From the NCBI GenBank assembly GCA_904384225.1, contig CAJFJV010000005.1:6466-70465 (forward strand): a stretch of DNA of 64,000 bases. The letters run 5' to 3'. The stretch comes from an uncultured Oscillospiraceae bacterium. Lineage in GTDB: Bacteria > Bacillota > Clostridia > Oscillospirales > Ruminococcaceae. A program made the position numbers and the translations under genes. Positions 19,366 to 28,179 of this stretch are shown here, piece after piece; the first letter of the stretch is position 1, and every line of letters starts with the position of its first letter. Below the pieces are notes generated by a model, which was not told the origin of the DNA, searched no databases, and saw nothing but the letters and a program-made list of their open reading frames with translations.

Positions 19366-20271
19366 TCACATTCCTCTCTGCATCTGCGAAGTCAAAAAGC
19401 TCTCAACCTCTTTCCGCCCGGGGATAGAAACAGATGCCCCTTTAACCGATACCGCAAGGGCTGAAGCGGCAGATGCCTCTTTTAATGCCCATCCAAGCTC
19501 CTTTCCAGCAGAGATCGCTGCTAAAAAGAAACCGGTAAAGGTATCTCCTGCAGCAGTCGTATCGACTACCTCCGTATCAAAAATGCCATGGAAAGCACGT
19601 ACTTTCCCGTCGTCTGCCATCGCGCCGTCTTTACCGAGCGTCAAAACAATTTTCGCATGGGGATATCGTATATGGATTTCATTTAAAATCCTGTCCGGCT
19701 CTTTCTCTTCTGAGAGGGCTGCCCCTTCAATTTCATTCACAAAAAACCAATCCACCAAATGCAGCGGCAGCTTTAACACTTCATTGTTAAACGGAGAAGG
19801 GTTAAATACCACCGTCATCCCCTTTTGCCGCCCCATTTCAATCAGTTCCCGCGTACAATTCAGTTCATTTTGCAAAAGCAGCCAATCCCCGCTGCTAAAA
19901 CAGGAAAACACCTTTTCCAAATGTTCTTGTGTTACCTGCCGGTTTGTGCCGCCATAGAGTATGATGCAATTTTGTCCAGAAGGATCTACCTGAATAATAG
20001 CGCGGCCATTTGGCGCATTCTGCCGCATCAAAAATTCAGTACGGACGCCGGATGAGATAAGCAAATCGCTTAAAAACAAACCATCCGCGCCGACAAGTCC
20101 GGCATGATAGACTTCTGCCCCCGCCCGAGCCAGCGCAATCGACTGATTCAATCCTTTCCCACCGGGAAACTGTTCATATGAAATCGGCGATACCGTTTCA
20201 CCCGGACGAACAAAATGTTCGACTGTATAGACATCATCGATATTTAAAGAACCAAAGTTTAAAATACGCAC
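19366..20271 (-). CDS. rbsK: Ribokinase / PfkB-family sugar kinase
   Basis: GSLNID, GGKGLNQ, NEIE, DTTAAGDTF. Confidence 0.8.
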   Translation of the reverse strand: MRILNFGSLNIDDVYTVEHFVRPGETVSPISYEQFPGGKGLNQSIALARAGAEVYHAGLVGADGLFLSDLLISSGVRTEFLMRQNAPNGRAIIQVDPSGQNCIILYGGTNRQVTQEHLEKVFSCFSSGDWLLLQNELNCTRELIEMGRQKGMTVVFNPSPFNNEVLKLPLHLVDWFFVNEIEGAALSEEKEPDRILNEIHIRYPHAKIVLTLGKDGAMADDGKVRAFHGIFDTEVVDTTAAGDTFTGFFLAAISAGKELGWALKEASAASALAVSVKGASVSIPGRKEVESFLTSQMQRGM

Positions 20272-20294
20272 GGCTTACAAACTCCTTTCTTATG

Positions 20295-20326
20295 AAAAAT
20301 CGCCGGAGAAGACATTCCCCCGGCGA
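20295..20326 (-). terminator. Intrinsic terminator after the small ORF, just upstream of the ribokinase SD
   Basis: TCGCCGG../..CCGGCGA stem followed by TTTTT on the minus strand. Confidence 0.65.
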
Positions 20327-20399
20327 ATATTTTTCCACGAAACAGGCGTTGATACTCCTATATCCTCTTTTTCTATGATACAGTTTTCCTAAGCGCAGC

Positions 20400-20531
20400 T
20401 CACTCTATTTCTTGTGAAGAAAAATAGAGGTTGTCGCACTTATCATAGAAAAGATCAATCAGAACCTTAATCAGAGAAGCGAGCGCACCTGCCAATACAA
20501 CAACACTGATGATTTTTGCAAATGTCTTCAT
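20400..20531 (-). CDS. Small single-TM protein, 43 aa (MKTFAKIISVVVLAGALASLIKVLIDLFYDKCDNLYFSSQEIE)
   Basis: SD AAGGAG, ATG, own consensus promoter, hydrophobic N-terminal helix; below the ORF-track cutoff. Confidence 0.7.
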   Translation of the reverse strand: MKTFAKIISVVVLAGALASLIKVLIDLFYDKCDNLYFSSQEIE

Positions 20532-20575
20532 AGAAAAAACACTCCTTTTTTCAATACTTCCCGATTTCTGTTTCT

Positions 20576-20604
20576 ATCATATCAAAGATCAGCTGAAAAT
20601 GCAA
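20576..20604 (-). promoter_or_regulatory. sigma-A promoter of the 43-aa ORF
   Basis: TTGCAT-17-TATGAT with TG extension. Confidence 0.7.
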
Positions 20605-20644
20605 GTAGAGATACCGGCCTTTTTGTAAAACAAGCCCTTTTGTT

Positions 20645-21172
20645 TCAGCGAAAAATTTTTTGATACAAATTGTTTCGCTCCAAAATATACATGAGCAAAA
20701 GCCCTAAAACATAGCATACAACCAATTCGCCGACTCCTACAAGAGCAGCATTGATAGCAAAAAGCTCCCAGGTAAATGCACCTTCAAAAAAAATACAGAT
20801 TTCAAGTCCTACAATCAAAGCATTTGCAAGAACCGGCGGCAGCGGGGCAAATACATAACGCACCCATCTTTTTTCACTTTTTCCAATACAGTACGTCATC
20901 ACAGCAGCGATCAGTGTAGCCGCTGTTCCGAAAACGGCATCCAATCCTCCCGCAGGATTGATCCCCATAAAAAAACCAATCAGATTGGCTAAAGCACAGC
21001 CGACAGAAAGGCCTGGGACAGCAGAAGCAGTAAATACAGGAAGTATTGTAAGCGCTTCGCTTACACGGTACTGCACCGCGCCAAAAGACATAAAAAAGGT
21101 TGCAAACGTAATAGCGGCGTACAAACCTGCAATCATAGCGGCCTGCGTAAGTTTTCTGGTATTGTTCTTCAT
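20645..21172 (-). CDS. queT: QueT-family queuosine-precursor transporter (ECF S component)
   Basis: AAMIAGLY, FGAVQYRVSEALTILP, DAVFGT, VGELVV; upstream preQ1 riboswitch. Confidence 0.9.
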   Translation of the reverse strand: MKNNTRKLTQAAMIAGLYAAITFATFFMSFGAVQYRVSEALTILPVFTASAVPGLSVGCALANLIGFFMGINPAGGLDAVFGTAATLIAAVMTYCIGKSEKRWVRYVFAPLPPVLANALIVGLEICIFFEGAFTWELFAINAALVGVGELVVCYVLGLLLMYILERNNLYQKIFR

Positions 21173-21180
21173 TTCAAAAT

Positions 21181-21224
21181 TCCTCTCGTAGTTTTATTTT
21201 AAGTCAGGAGTTTGCGACTGACTA
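21181..21224 (-). ncRNA. preQ1 class I riboswitch
   Basis: AGUCAG-UCGCAAACUC-CUGACU stem-loop, A-rich tail UAAAAUAAAAC running into SD GAGAGGA; directly upstream of queT. Confidence 0.85.
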
Positions 21225-21340
21225 CAGGAAAACTGCGAGAGACAGCATAACACAAAACAATGAAAAAATCCAGCAAAACGGCAAAATTTGTTTTCACCAA
21301 TCCGCTGTCGCATTTTGCATACTTCGGTCATTCTTTTCGA

Positions 21341-23635
21341 TCATATAGCCGAAACCATATTTTGAAATATTATTTTGCCATTTTCAAAGGAAAGCGCAAC
21401 CTTTCCGGGCATAAGTGTGCCTTCGGCAAGACGAATCATCAATTCCCCTTCTAATTCTTGCCGGATGAAGCGCCGGATTGGCCGGGCTCCAAAGCTATTG
21501 CAATCCGAAAGCGAGGAGAGCTGATTTATGACATTTTCAGAAACCGCTATTTCAATGCCGCTTCGTTCCATCCGGCCCACAAATTCCTTTATTAGCTTTT
21601 TGGTAACGGAGCGTTTTCCCTCCGAATCAAGCTCCTTAAACGGAATAACATAATCAATCCGATTTAATAATTCAGACGGGAAATGCTTTGACAGTATTTT
21701 TCGAATGTCAGGATAAGATGCTGGGGTTAGAAAACCAGTCTGCGGCACCCGCTCATACAGGTTCGCCGTCAATACAACCATCACATTCGAAAAATCTGCG
21801 GTATGCCCTGCAGAATCCGTCAATTTCCCGTCCTCTAATATTTGAAGAAGCAGCCGCAAAACATTTGGATGCGCTTTATCCGCTTCGTCAAATAGCAGCA
21901 AGGAATATGGCCGGCTTCGGATCTTATTTACCAAAAAACCGTTTTCTTCAAACCCAACATAGCCGGGAGGCGCCCCTATCAGCCGTGACACCGTGTGCGG
22001 TTCTCCATACTCTGAAAGATCGATCCGAATAAAGCTATCCGGACTAAATAAAGCTTTTGCGGTAAGTTGTGCTGCAAATGTCTTCCCCACTCCGGTTGGG
22101 CCGTAAAATAAGAAAGAGGCAGCGGCTCCGGTTGTTTCTTCCGGATCATTCTGATACTGTAAAACCGCACGGAACAACGCCTTTTTTGCTTCCGGTTGCC
22201 CAAATAGGTTTTGATCCAAATAGGTCAGAAGTTTCTTTGCTTTTTCATATGGTGTACATTCCGGCGATATGGGGATTCCGGTTTTCTTTTCAAGTAAAAA
22301 AGAAATTTCTCTGTCGGAGACGACGATCTCTTCCTTTGTTTGAAGTCCTTTTGCATACAAATCAGCCGCTTCTGAAAGGTTCCCATCCTTTATAAGCCGT
22401 ATCAAGGTATCTTCTGTCGTTTTCTGCAAAGACTGGGCGTTAGATTGCGTCACAGCCCTGCCGCATGCCTCATCGAGCAGGTCAATCGCTTTGTCAGGGA
22501 GACGGCGTTCAGGAAGATAGCGTTCAGACAGTGTCACTGCCTGACATACCGCAGCATCCGTGATGTGGACCCGATGATATTTTTCCAATGCGGGACGCAG
22601 GCCAAATAAAATTTTACTGGCAGCATCCCTTCCGGGTTCTTTTACTATAACCGGCTGGAACCGGCGCGCCAACGCCGCATCCGGTTCCATATATTTACGA
22701 TACTCTGTTTCTGTTGTCGCGCCTATAATCTGTACGTTTCCGCGCGCTAAAACGGGCTTCAGCAAGTTAGCACAATCTGCACTTCCTTCTGAGGAACCTG
22801 CTCCCACAATCGTATGCACTTCATCGATAAACAGTACGGCTTGTTCTGCCTCGGCTTGCCGAAGGACACGTGTCAGCCTTTCTTCGAAATCCCCTCGATA
22901 TTTTGCCCCTGCAAGCATACTGCCTAAATCGAGAGAAAGGAGCCGCCTTCCGCAGAAGCGTCCAACTCCCCCTTCACACAGCCGTTGTGCGATACCTTCT
23001 GCAATCGCAGTTTTTCCTACTCCCGGTTCTCCAAGAAGGCAAGGGTTATTCTTGCTCCGTCTAGCCAGTATTGCCAATACGGAAGCAATCTCCTCCTCTC
23101 TTCCGATTAAAGGATCCAGTTTTCCCGCCCGGGCTTGTGCCGTCAAATCGGTTGTATAAAGCGAAAGTTCCTTAGACACACGCGAAGAGGCTGTTTTTTT
23201 TCCGGCAAACGCTGCTTGCAGTGCACGGATTTCCGCTGCACAAGCATCTTTGACCTCAAGTGGATCTGTGCCGCAGTCCTGAATCAAAGATCCAGCTGTT
23301 TTCCCATTTTCAAGCAAAGCAAAAAGAAGATGAGCTGTTCCGGCGACCCCGCCGCTTCTTTCCGCCAATGAAAGGGTGTTTTGCAGGATATACTCCAGAT
23401 CTGCACACTTTGCCTGTACGTTTTTTTCTGCCAGATCTTTTAACCGCTTTATAAGCTCTTCTGAACAAATGCCGTATTTTAAAAGCACGGCTGCTCCCAC
23501 GCTGATATCTTCTGCAGCAATACCACATAGAATACATGCATCGAACATCGTATTGCACTGATAAGTTTGCGCGAGTACCTGTGCTTTTTTCAGTGCGTTT
23601 CGCGCAGGGACTGTAAATTGTTTTTCTTCATACAA
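21341..23635 (-). CDS. ClpC/ClpA-type AAA+ ATPase (divergent paralog)
   Basis: Clp-N-like region, GEPGVGKT, AGAKYRGDFEER, LFIDEVH, second GPTGVGKT, LIGAPPGYVG, GARP; TTG start with AAGGAG. Confidence 0.88.
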   Translation of the reverse strand: MYEEKQFTVPARNALKKAQVLAQTYQCNTMFDACILCGIAAEDISVGAAVLLKYGICSEELIKRLKDLAEKNVQAKCADLEYILQNTLSLAERSGGVAGTAHLLFALLENGKTAGSLIQDCGTDPLEVKDACAAEIRALQAAFAGKKTASSRVSKELSLYTTDLTAQARAGKLDPLIGREEEIASVLAILARRSKNNPCLLGEPGVGKTAIAEGIAQRLCEGGVGRFCGRRLLSLDLGSMLAGAKYRGDFEERLTRVLRQAEAEQAVLFIDEVHTIVGAGSSEGSADCANLLKPVLARGNVQIIGATTETEYRKYMEPDAALARRFQPVIVKEPGRDAASKILFGLRPALEKYHRVHITDAAVCQAVTLSERYLPERRLPDKAIDLLDEACGRAVTQSNAQSLQKTTEDTLIRLIKDGNLSEAADLYAKGLQTKEEIVVSDREISFLLEKKTGIPISPECTPYEKAKKLLTYLDQNLFGQPEAKKALFRAVLQYQNDPEETTGAAASFLFYGPTGVGKTFAAQLTAKALFSPDSFIRIDLSEYGEPHTVSRLIGAPPGYVGFEENGFLVNKIRSRPYSLLLFDEADKAHPNVLRLLLQILEDGKLTDSAGHTADFSNVMVVLTANLYERVPQTGFLTPASYPDIRKILSKHFPSELLNRIDYVIPFKELDSEGKRSVTKKLIKEFVGRMERSGIEIAVSENVINQLSSLSDCNSFGARPIRRFIRQELEGELMIRLAEGTLMPGKVALSFENGKIIFQNMVSAI

Positions 23636-23697
23636 AGCTATCAGCTCCTTTTTCCTTACTCAAGTATGGACTGAAAAGACGCTTTTCAATCACAGTA

Positions 23698-23724
23698 ACA
23701 CCCCTGCCTCCTCATACATAGTAT
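23698..23724 (+). promoter_or_regulatory. sigma-K-like sporulation promoter
   Basis: ACA-16 nt-CATAGTAT matches the mACA-N16-CATAnnnT consensus. Confidence 0.55.
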
Positions 23725-23757
23725 GGGATGTAAAAACCCAAAGGAGGATTTGATACT

Positions 23758-23907
23758 ATGTGTGGTAACAATGGTTTTGGCGGCAACTGCAGCTGGATTC
23801 TGATCATCATTCTGCTTCTCGTCTGCTGCGGCGGATGCGGCGGATATGGTGCCTATAACAACAACGGCTGTGGCTGCAACAACGGCTGCAATAGCACCTG
23901 CTGCTGA
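23758..23907 (+). CDS. Small Cys/Gly/Asn-rich hydrophobic-core protein, 49 aa (MCGNNGFGGNCSWILIIILLLVCCGGCGGYGAYNNNGCGCNNGCNSTCC), probable spore protein
   Basis: Strong SD AAAGGAGG, 10 Cys, own promoter and terminator; not in the ORF track. Confidence 0.85.
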   Translation: MCGNNGFGGNCSWILIIILLLVCCGGCGGYGAYNNNGCGCNNGCNSTCC

Positions 23908-23918
23908 TCGCTGAGATC

Positions 23919-24008
23919 GGAGTCTTGCAGCTTCATCAAAAGCTGTAGGAAATCATGATAACATAAGCGAAAGCTTATGCGGATGCTCCAAAGACCGGAG
24001 CAGATTCC
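23919..24008 (+). ncRNA. Candidate structured RNA (4-way junction) in the 3' region of the Cys-rich gene
   Basis: Closing stem plus three hairpins, one with a GAAA tetraloop; paired by eye. Confidence 0.45.
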
Positions 24009-24009
24009 C

Positions 24010-24041
24010 GGAGAGCGGCTTTTTAGCCGCTCTCCTTTTTT
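24010..24041 (+). terminator. Intrinsic terminator
   Basis: GGAGAGCGGCT-TTTT-AGCCGCTCTCC-TTTTTT. Confidence 0.9.
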
Positions 24042-24063
24042 ATATGCAGAACAAAAGCTTAAT

Positions 24064-24092
24064 TTGCCAATGCCAAGCCTATACGATATAAT
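24064..24092 (+). promoter_or_regulatory. sigma-A promoter of sbcDC
   Basis: TTGCCA-17-TATAAT. Confidence 0.75.
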
Positions 24093-24125
24093 AGAAAAAA
24101 GATAATTTGCAAAGGAAGTTATTGC

Positions 24126-25274
24126 ATGCGGATCGCACATACTGCAGACTGGCATATTGGTAAAATGCTGTGTGAATACTCCCTGCTCAAAGATCAGGAA
24201 GCGTGCTTATTCGAATTTTCCAATCGCCTTCATACACTTAAAGTAGATGCGCTGATCATCTCAGGCGACCTTTACGACCGCTCTATCCCGTCTGCCGAAG
24301 CAGTTTCACTGCTGGACAGGCTATTTTACCATTTAACTGAAGAATGCGGGATAGAAGTGTTCGCCATTGCTGGAAACCATGACTCGAGAGAGCGGATTGA
24401 TTTTGGAAGCCGCTTAATGCATTCTGCCGGACTTCACCTTGTTGGTTCTGTCCGTCTGCCTGCTTGCTCGTTTGATTTAAAGAAAAACGATGAGCTTCTT
24501 ACATTCTGGATGCTTCCTTACTTCGAGCTGCATCATATCCGTGCGTTGTTTCCTGAGGTGCAGCTTAACAGTCTGCAAGATGCATTTACATTTTACATTG
24601 CGCAAATCCGGCAGCAGATGGATCGCTCCCATCCGCATATCCTTGTCGCACACGGCTTTTTTACTGCCGGGTATGCCGAACATGAAAAAGCTGTAGGAGG
24701 AAGCGAACATCTTGTTTTGCACGATAATCCTTTTGACTATGTTGCGCTTGGACACTTACATGCACCTCAAACCGCCGGCGGAAAAACAATACGGTATGCC
24801 GGTTCCCCCCTTAAATATTCGATTGACGAGGCCGCACAAAAAAAGCAGTTCCTTGTTGTCGATTTTCAAGACGGCGTATTGCGGGAAATCCGGCAGGAAC
24901 CTTTTTCTGCATCCAAGGACGTGCAAATCATCCGAGGCTCGCTCGATTCCCTCTGTGATAATAACGCTCATACGAACTGTCAGGATTATGTTTTTGCAGA
25001 GCTTACCGACGATCATATCCGTGTGGGGGCTATTCAGCGGCTCAAATCCGTCTACCCCAATGCTCTTGGCCTAAAATATATCAATCTTCAAAACCGCGTC
25101 CCAGCCCCCGTTGCCGCAGCCCCTACGGCTTTAAAAACAAAAACGCAGGATTTGTTCGCCGCTTTTTTTCAATCGGTTATGAACCGCAGTCTTTCCGCTG
25201 AAGAACTTGCTTATCTCAATAAAGCGGCAAGCAATACAGAAGGGATGAAAATACATGATACCGGTTCGGCTTGA
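24126..25274 (+). CDS. sbcD: Exonuclease SbcCD subunit D
   Basis: HTADWHIG, SGDLYD, AGNHD, ALGHLH, YAGSPLKYS. Confidence 0.93.
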   Translation: MRIAHTADWHIGKMLCEYSLLKDQEACLFEFSNRLHTLKVDALIISGDLYDRSIPSAEAVSLLDRLFYHLTEECGIEVFAIAGNHDSRERIDFGSRLMHSAGLHLVGSVRLPACSFDLKKNDELLTFWMLPYFELHHIRALFPEVQLNSLQDAFTFYIAQIRQQMDRSHPHILVAHGFFTAGYAEHEKAVGGSEHLVLHDNPFDYVALGHLHAPQTAGGKTIRYAGSPLKYSIDEAAQKKQFLVVDFQDGVLREIRQEPFSASKDVQIIRGSLDSLCDNNAHTNCQDYVFAELTDDHIRVGAIQRLKSVYPNALGLKYINLQNRVPAPVAAAPTALKTKTQDLFAAFFQSVMNRSLSAEELAYLNKAASNTEGMKIHDTGSA

Positions 25275-28179
25275 GTTTTCTGCTTTTGGTCCGTTTCCTG
25301 AAAAGCAGGTAGTAGATTTTACAAAATTTGATGACGACCGTCTTTTTCTTATTACAGGGCCGACAGGAAGCGGTAAAACGACCATTTTTGACGCGCTGAC
25401 CTTTAGTTTATATGGAGAAGCCAGCGGCAGCCTTCGTGAAAAAACAACGCTGAAAAGCGATTTTGTCGGTGAAAATGGTCTTTGTTATGCATCCTTTACT
25501 TTTTTGATACACGGAACGCAATATACCGTTCGCCGGATGCCGCAGCAGCGCTGCCCTAAGCAGCGCGGGCAAGGTTATAAAGATCAGCCGGCCGACGCAG
25601 TGCTCTCAGATGAAAACGGCGTTATTTGTACTCATATTGGCCCTGTTAACCAAAAAATTGAAGAACTGATTGGTCTGAATTCGGAACAATTCCATAAGAT
25701 TGTCTTACTCCCGCAAGGAGAATTCCGACGTTTCCTTTCGGATAAATCTGATGCAAAACAAGAAATTCTGCGTCACATTTTTTCGACAGACACACTTCGC
25801 ATTTTTACAGAACATTTAAAGGAAAATGTCTCTTCTCTTACGGCCGAATATCAGGATATCCTTTCCCAATGCTCTGCTTTCCTCCATACAATTCAAGCCG
25901 ATTCAGATTGTATGCTTTCCCGCCTCACAGCCTCTGACACACCCGATTTTCGCGCCATCCTTACTGCATTGACAGAACAAAACGGAAAAGATGCGCAGCA
26001 TCTGAAACAAACGAAAAATCAGTTTATGCAGGCATCAGCAGCCTATGATTCGATTAATCTGGATCTTGCCAAAACAGAAAACACTCTTCTGGCGCAGTGT
26101 CGGAAAGCAAGAGATGAATTTAAAGAAATGGAGCGTCATAATGCAGAATGGGCGGAACGCCGAAAACTGCTGGAAGCTTTAGAAAAAGCAGAACCTGTGG
26201 CACAAAAAGAACAAGAATATAAAGAATTAGAGCATGAAATCATATCGTTAACGCAGTCGATTGAAAAAGCAAAATGTGCACTTGCATTAAAAAACAATGC
26301 GTTTATTTCAGCGCACGCAGAATATGAAGACGCGAAAAAAAATGCGGATAGTGCCGCTGAAAAGAACAAACAGATCCCGATTTTAGAAGCACAGCTAAAA
26401 AAATACAAAGAGCTGGAAATGAAAGAAAAAGAGTGCGCCGACTTAAAAGAACAGTTAAAAAAGCAAGAGAGAATTCAAAAAACTTTATCATCTGCCATGC
26501 TGTGGTTCACTGCAAAAGAGGCTCTGGACGCAGTCTTGAAAAAAAAGCAGACGTCTGAACGCTTTTTTGATACCCTCCATGCTTACCAGTCTGCTTGCGT
26601 TGCCGCGGCTGCCTCTGCAAACGATGCCGCTGCGGCGCTTTCCCACTATATTGCAGCACAAGCGCCCTTCTTAGCGGAAAAGCTCCGCGACCACGAACCT
26701 TGCCCTGTCTGCGGGTCAACCATCCATCCCGCTCCGGCTCGGCATGGATCTGCTTTAGGTAGTAAAGTACAATATGAACGGCTCAAGCAAGCAGAGACAG
26801 AAGCTGTAAGAAAGCGGGAACGGCTTTTTCAAGAACTCTCGCAATACCTTTCGGATGAAAATGCCGGAAAAGATCCCCTTACCTGTACCGCATCAGAAGA
26901 AAAAATATGCCGCGCACTTTGCAAGGAATATACAGACCGCCGGCAAGAGCTTTCCTCTTTTCAAATTCCTAAAACTTTGCAAGCGCTTTCCTTCGATGAA
27001 CTTCGCACACAGGCAGACGGCTGTTCTCAAGAATGCCAGCAGATGCAAGGTAGGCTTTCCGCTGTAATAGAGCAGCAGGCGCTCCTTGCTGCCGAACTTC
27101 CTGACAATATGACCGCACCTGTGCTTGCTGACCGTATTCTTTTGCTAAAGCAGCAAAATGAAAATGCCTTAAAAGATTTACAGAAAGCTGTTGATACTTT
27201 GCATGATGCTCGTCTGTCTGTTGTGCGCACACAAGAACAGCTTGAAATTTTTACAAAACAGCTGGAAGAAAAGCGCGTCCTCTTTAAACGGAAAGAATCG
27301 GATTTCATGCAGCTTATGCAAGAAGCCAGTATAACGGAAAAGAAGTATCGATCCCTGCTTTCCTTCCTTCCGGAACTTCCAAACCGGCGTGAAGCACTGC
27401 AACGTTATAAAATCGAGTATCGAACCAAACGGAACGCCTTACAGCGTCTGGAGGAGCAAACCGCGGATTTGAAAGAGCATGATCTTAATCAAATGACAAA
27501 GCGCAAACAAGATGCACAAGACGTCCGGGATGCCCTGCAAAAAGAATACAACCGGAATGCGCAGCGCCTTCATGCAAATCAGGCTGCTGCAGAGTCATTA
27601 ACGGCTTGCATCAAAGAAGAGGAAACCAAACGGCGTTCTTTGGAGCAGGCACGCTTTCTTTATGAAGTGGCTCGCGGCGACTACAGCGGAAAAGTCAATT
27701 TTGAACGGTATGTTCTCGCTTATTATTTTGAAAATGTAATTCGGACAGCCAATCTTCGCCTTGAACAAATTACGAATTCACGCTATACTTTAGTCAGACG
27801 TTCTCAATCGAAGGGCAATCGTACTGCGGGTCTGGATTTAGATATTTTTGACGCATACACGGGTATTTCGCGCAATGTGGACACTCTTTCGGGAGGAGAG
27901 AGCTTTAAAGTTGCGCTCTCCCTTGCATTAGGACTTGCCGACACGATAAGTGAAAGCTCCGGCGGAATTGAGCTGAATACCATGCTGATCGATGAAGGCT
28001 TCGGTTCTCTTGACAGTGAGTCTCTTGATGCAGCCATCAATTGCCTGTACAGCTTGCGTGCAGACGGCAGGTATATTGGTATAATCTCACATGTAAACGA
28101 GCTAAAAGAGCGGATCCCTCAGCAAATCCGTGTTATACCGGGCATAAACGGCAGTACTATCGAGGAGGATGCCTTATGA
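25255..28179 (+). CDS. sbcC: Exonuclease SbcCD subunit C (SMC-like ATPase)
   Basis: GPTGSGKTT, LPQGEF, CPVCGS zinc hook, LSGGE, IDEGFGSLD. Confidence 0.93.
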   Translation: MIPVRLEFSAFGPFPEKQVVDFTKFDDDRLFLITGPTGSGKTTIFDALTFSLYGEASGSLREKTTLKSDFVGENGLCYASFTFLIHGTQYTVRRMPQQRCPKQRGQGYKDQPADAVLSDENGVICTHIGPVNQKIEELIGLNSEQFHKIVLLPQGEFRRFLSDKSDAKQEILRHIFSTDTLRIFTEHLKENVSSLTAEYQDILSQCSAFLHTIQADSDCMLSRLTASDTPDFRAILTALTEQNGKDAQHLKQTKNQFMQASAAYDSINLDLAKTENTLLAQCRKARDEFKEMERHNAEWAERRKLLEALEKAEPVAQKEQEYKELEHEIISLTQSIEKAKCALALKNNAFISAHAEYEDAKKNADSAAEKNKQIPILEAQLKKYKELEMKEKECADLKEQLKKQERIQKTLSSAMLWFTAKEALDAVLKKKQTSERFFDTLHAYQSACVAAAASANDAAAALSHYIAAQAPFLAEKLRDHEPCPVCGSTIHPAPARHGSALGSKVQYERLKQAETEAVRKRERLFQELSQYLSDENAGKDPLTCTASEEKICRALCKEYTDRRQELSSFQIPKTLQALSFDELRTQADGCSQECQQMQGRLSAVIEQQALLAAELPDNMTAPVLADRILLLKQQNENALKDLQKAVDTLHDARLSVVRTQEQLEIFTKQLEEKRVLFKRKESDFMQLMQEASITEKKYRSLLSFLPELPNRREALQRYKIEYRTKRNALQRLEEQTADLKEHDLNQMTKRKQDAQDVRDALQKEYNRNAQRLHANQAAAESLTACIKEEETKRRSLEQARFLYEVARGDYSGKVNFERYVLAYYFENVIRTANLRLEQITNSRYTLVRRSQSKGNRTAGLDLDIFDAYTGISRNVDTLSGGESFKVALSLALGLADTISESSGGIELNTMLIDEGFGSLDSESLDAAINCLYSLRADGRYIGIISHVNELKERIPQQIRVIPGINGSTIEEDAL

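Noticed and set aside
23860-23895. AACAACGGCTG tandem repeat considered as a micro-CRISPR or VNTR
   Set aside because: It is the coding NNGC repeat of the small peptide; no spacers or cas genes
23853-24155. 100-aa minus-strand ORF with LQP repeats
   Set aside because: Antisense shadow of the Cys-rich peptide, its terminator and the sbcD promoter
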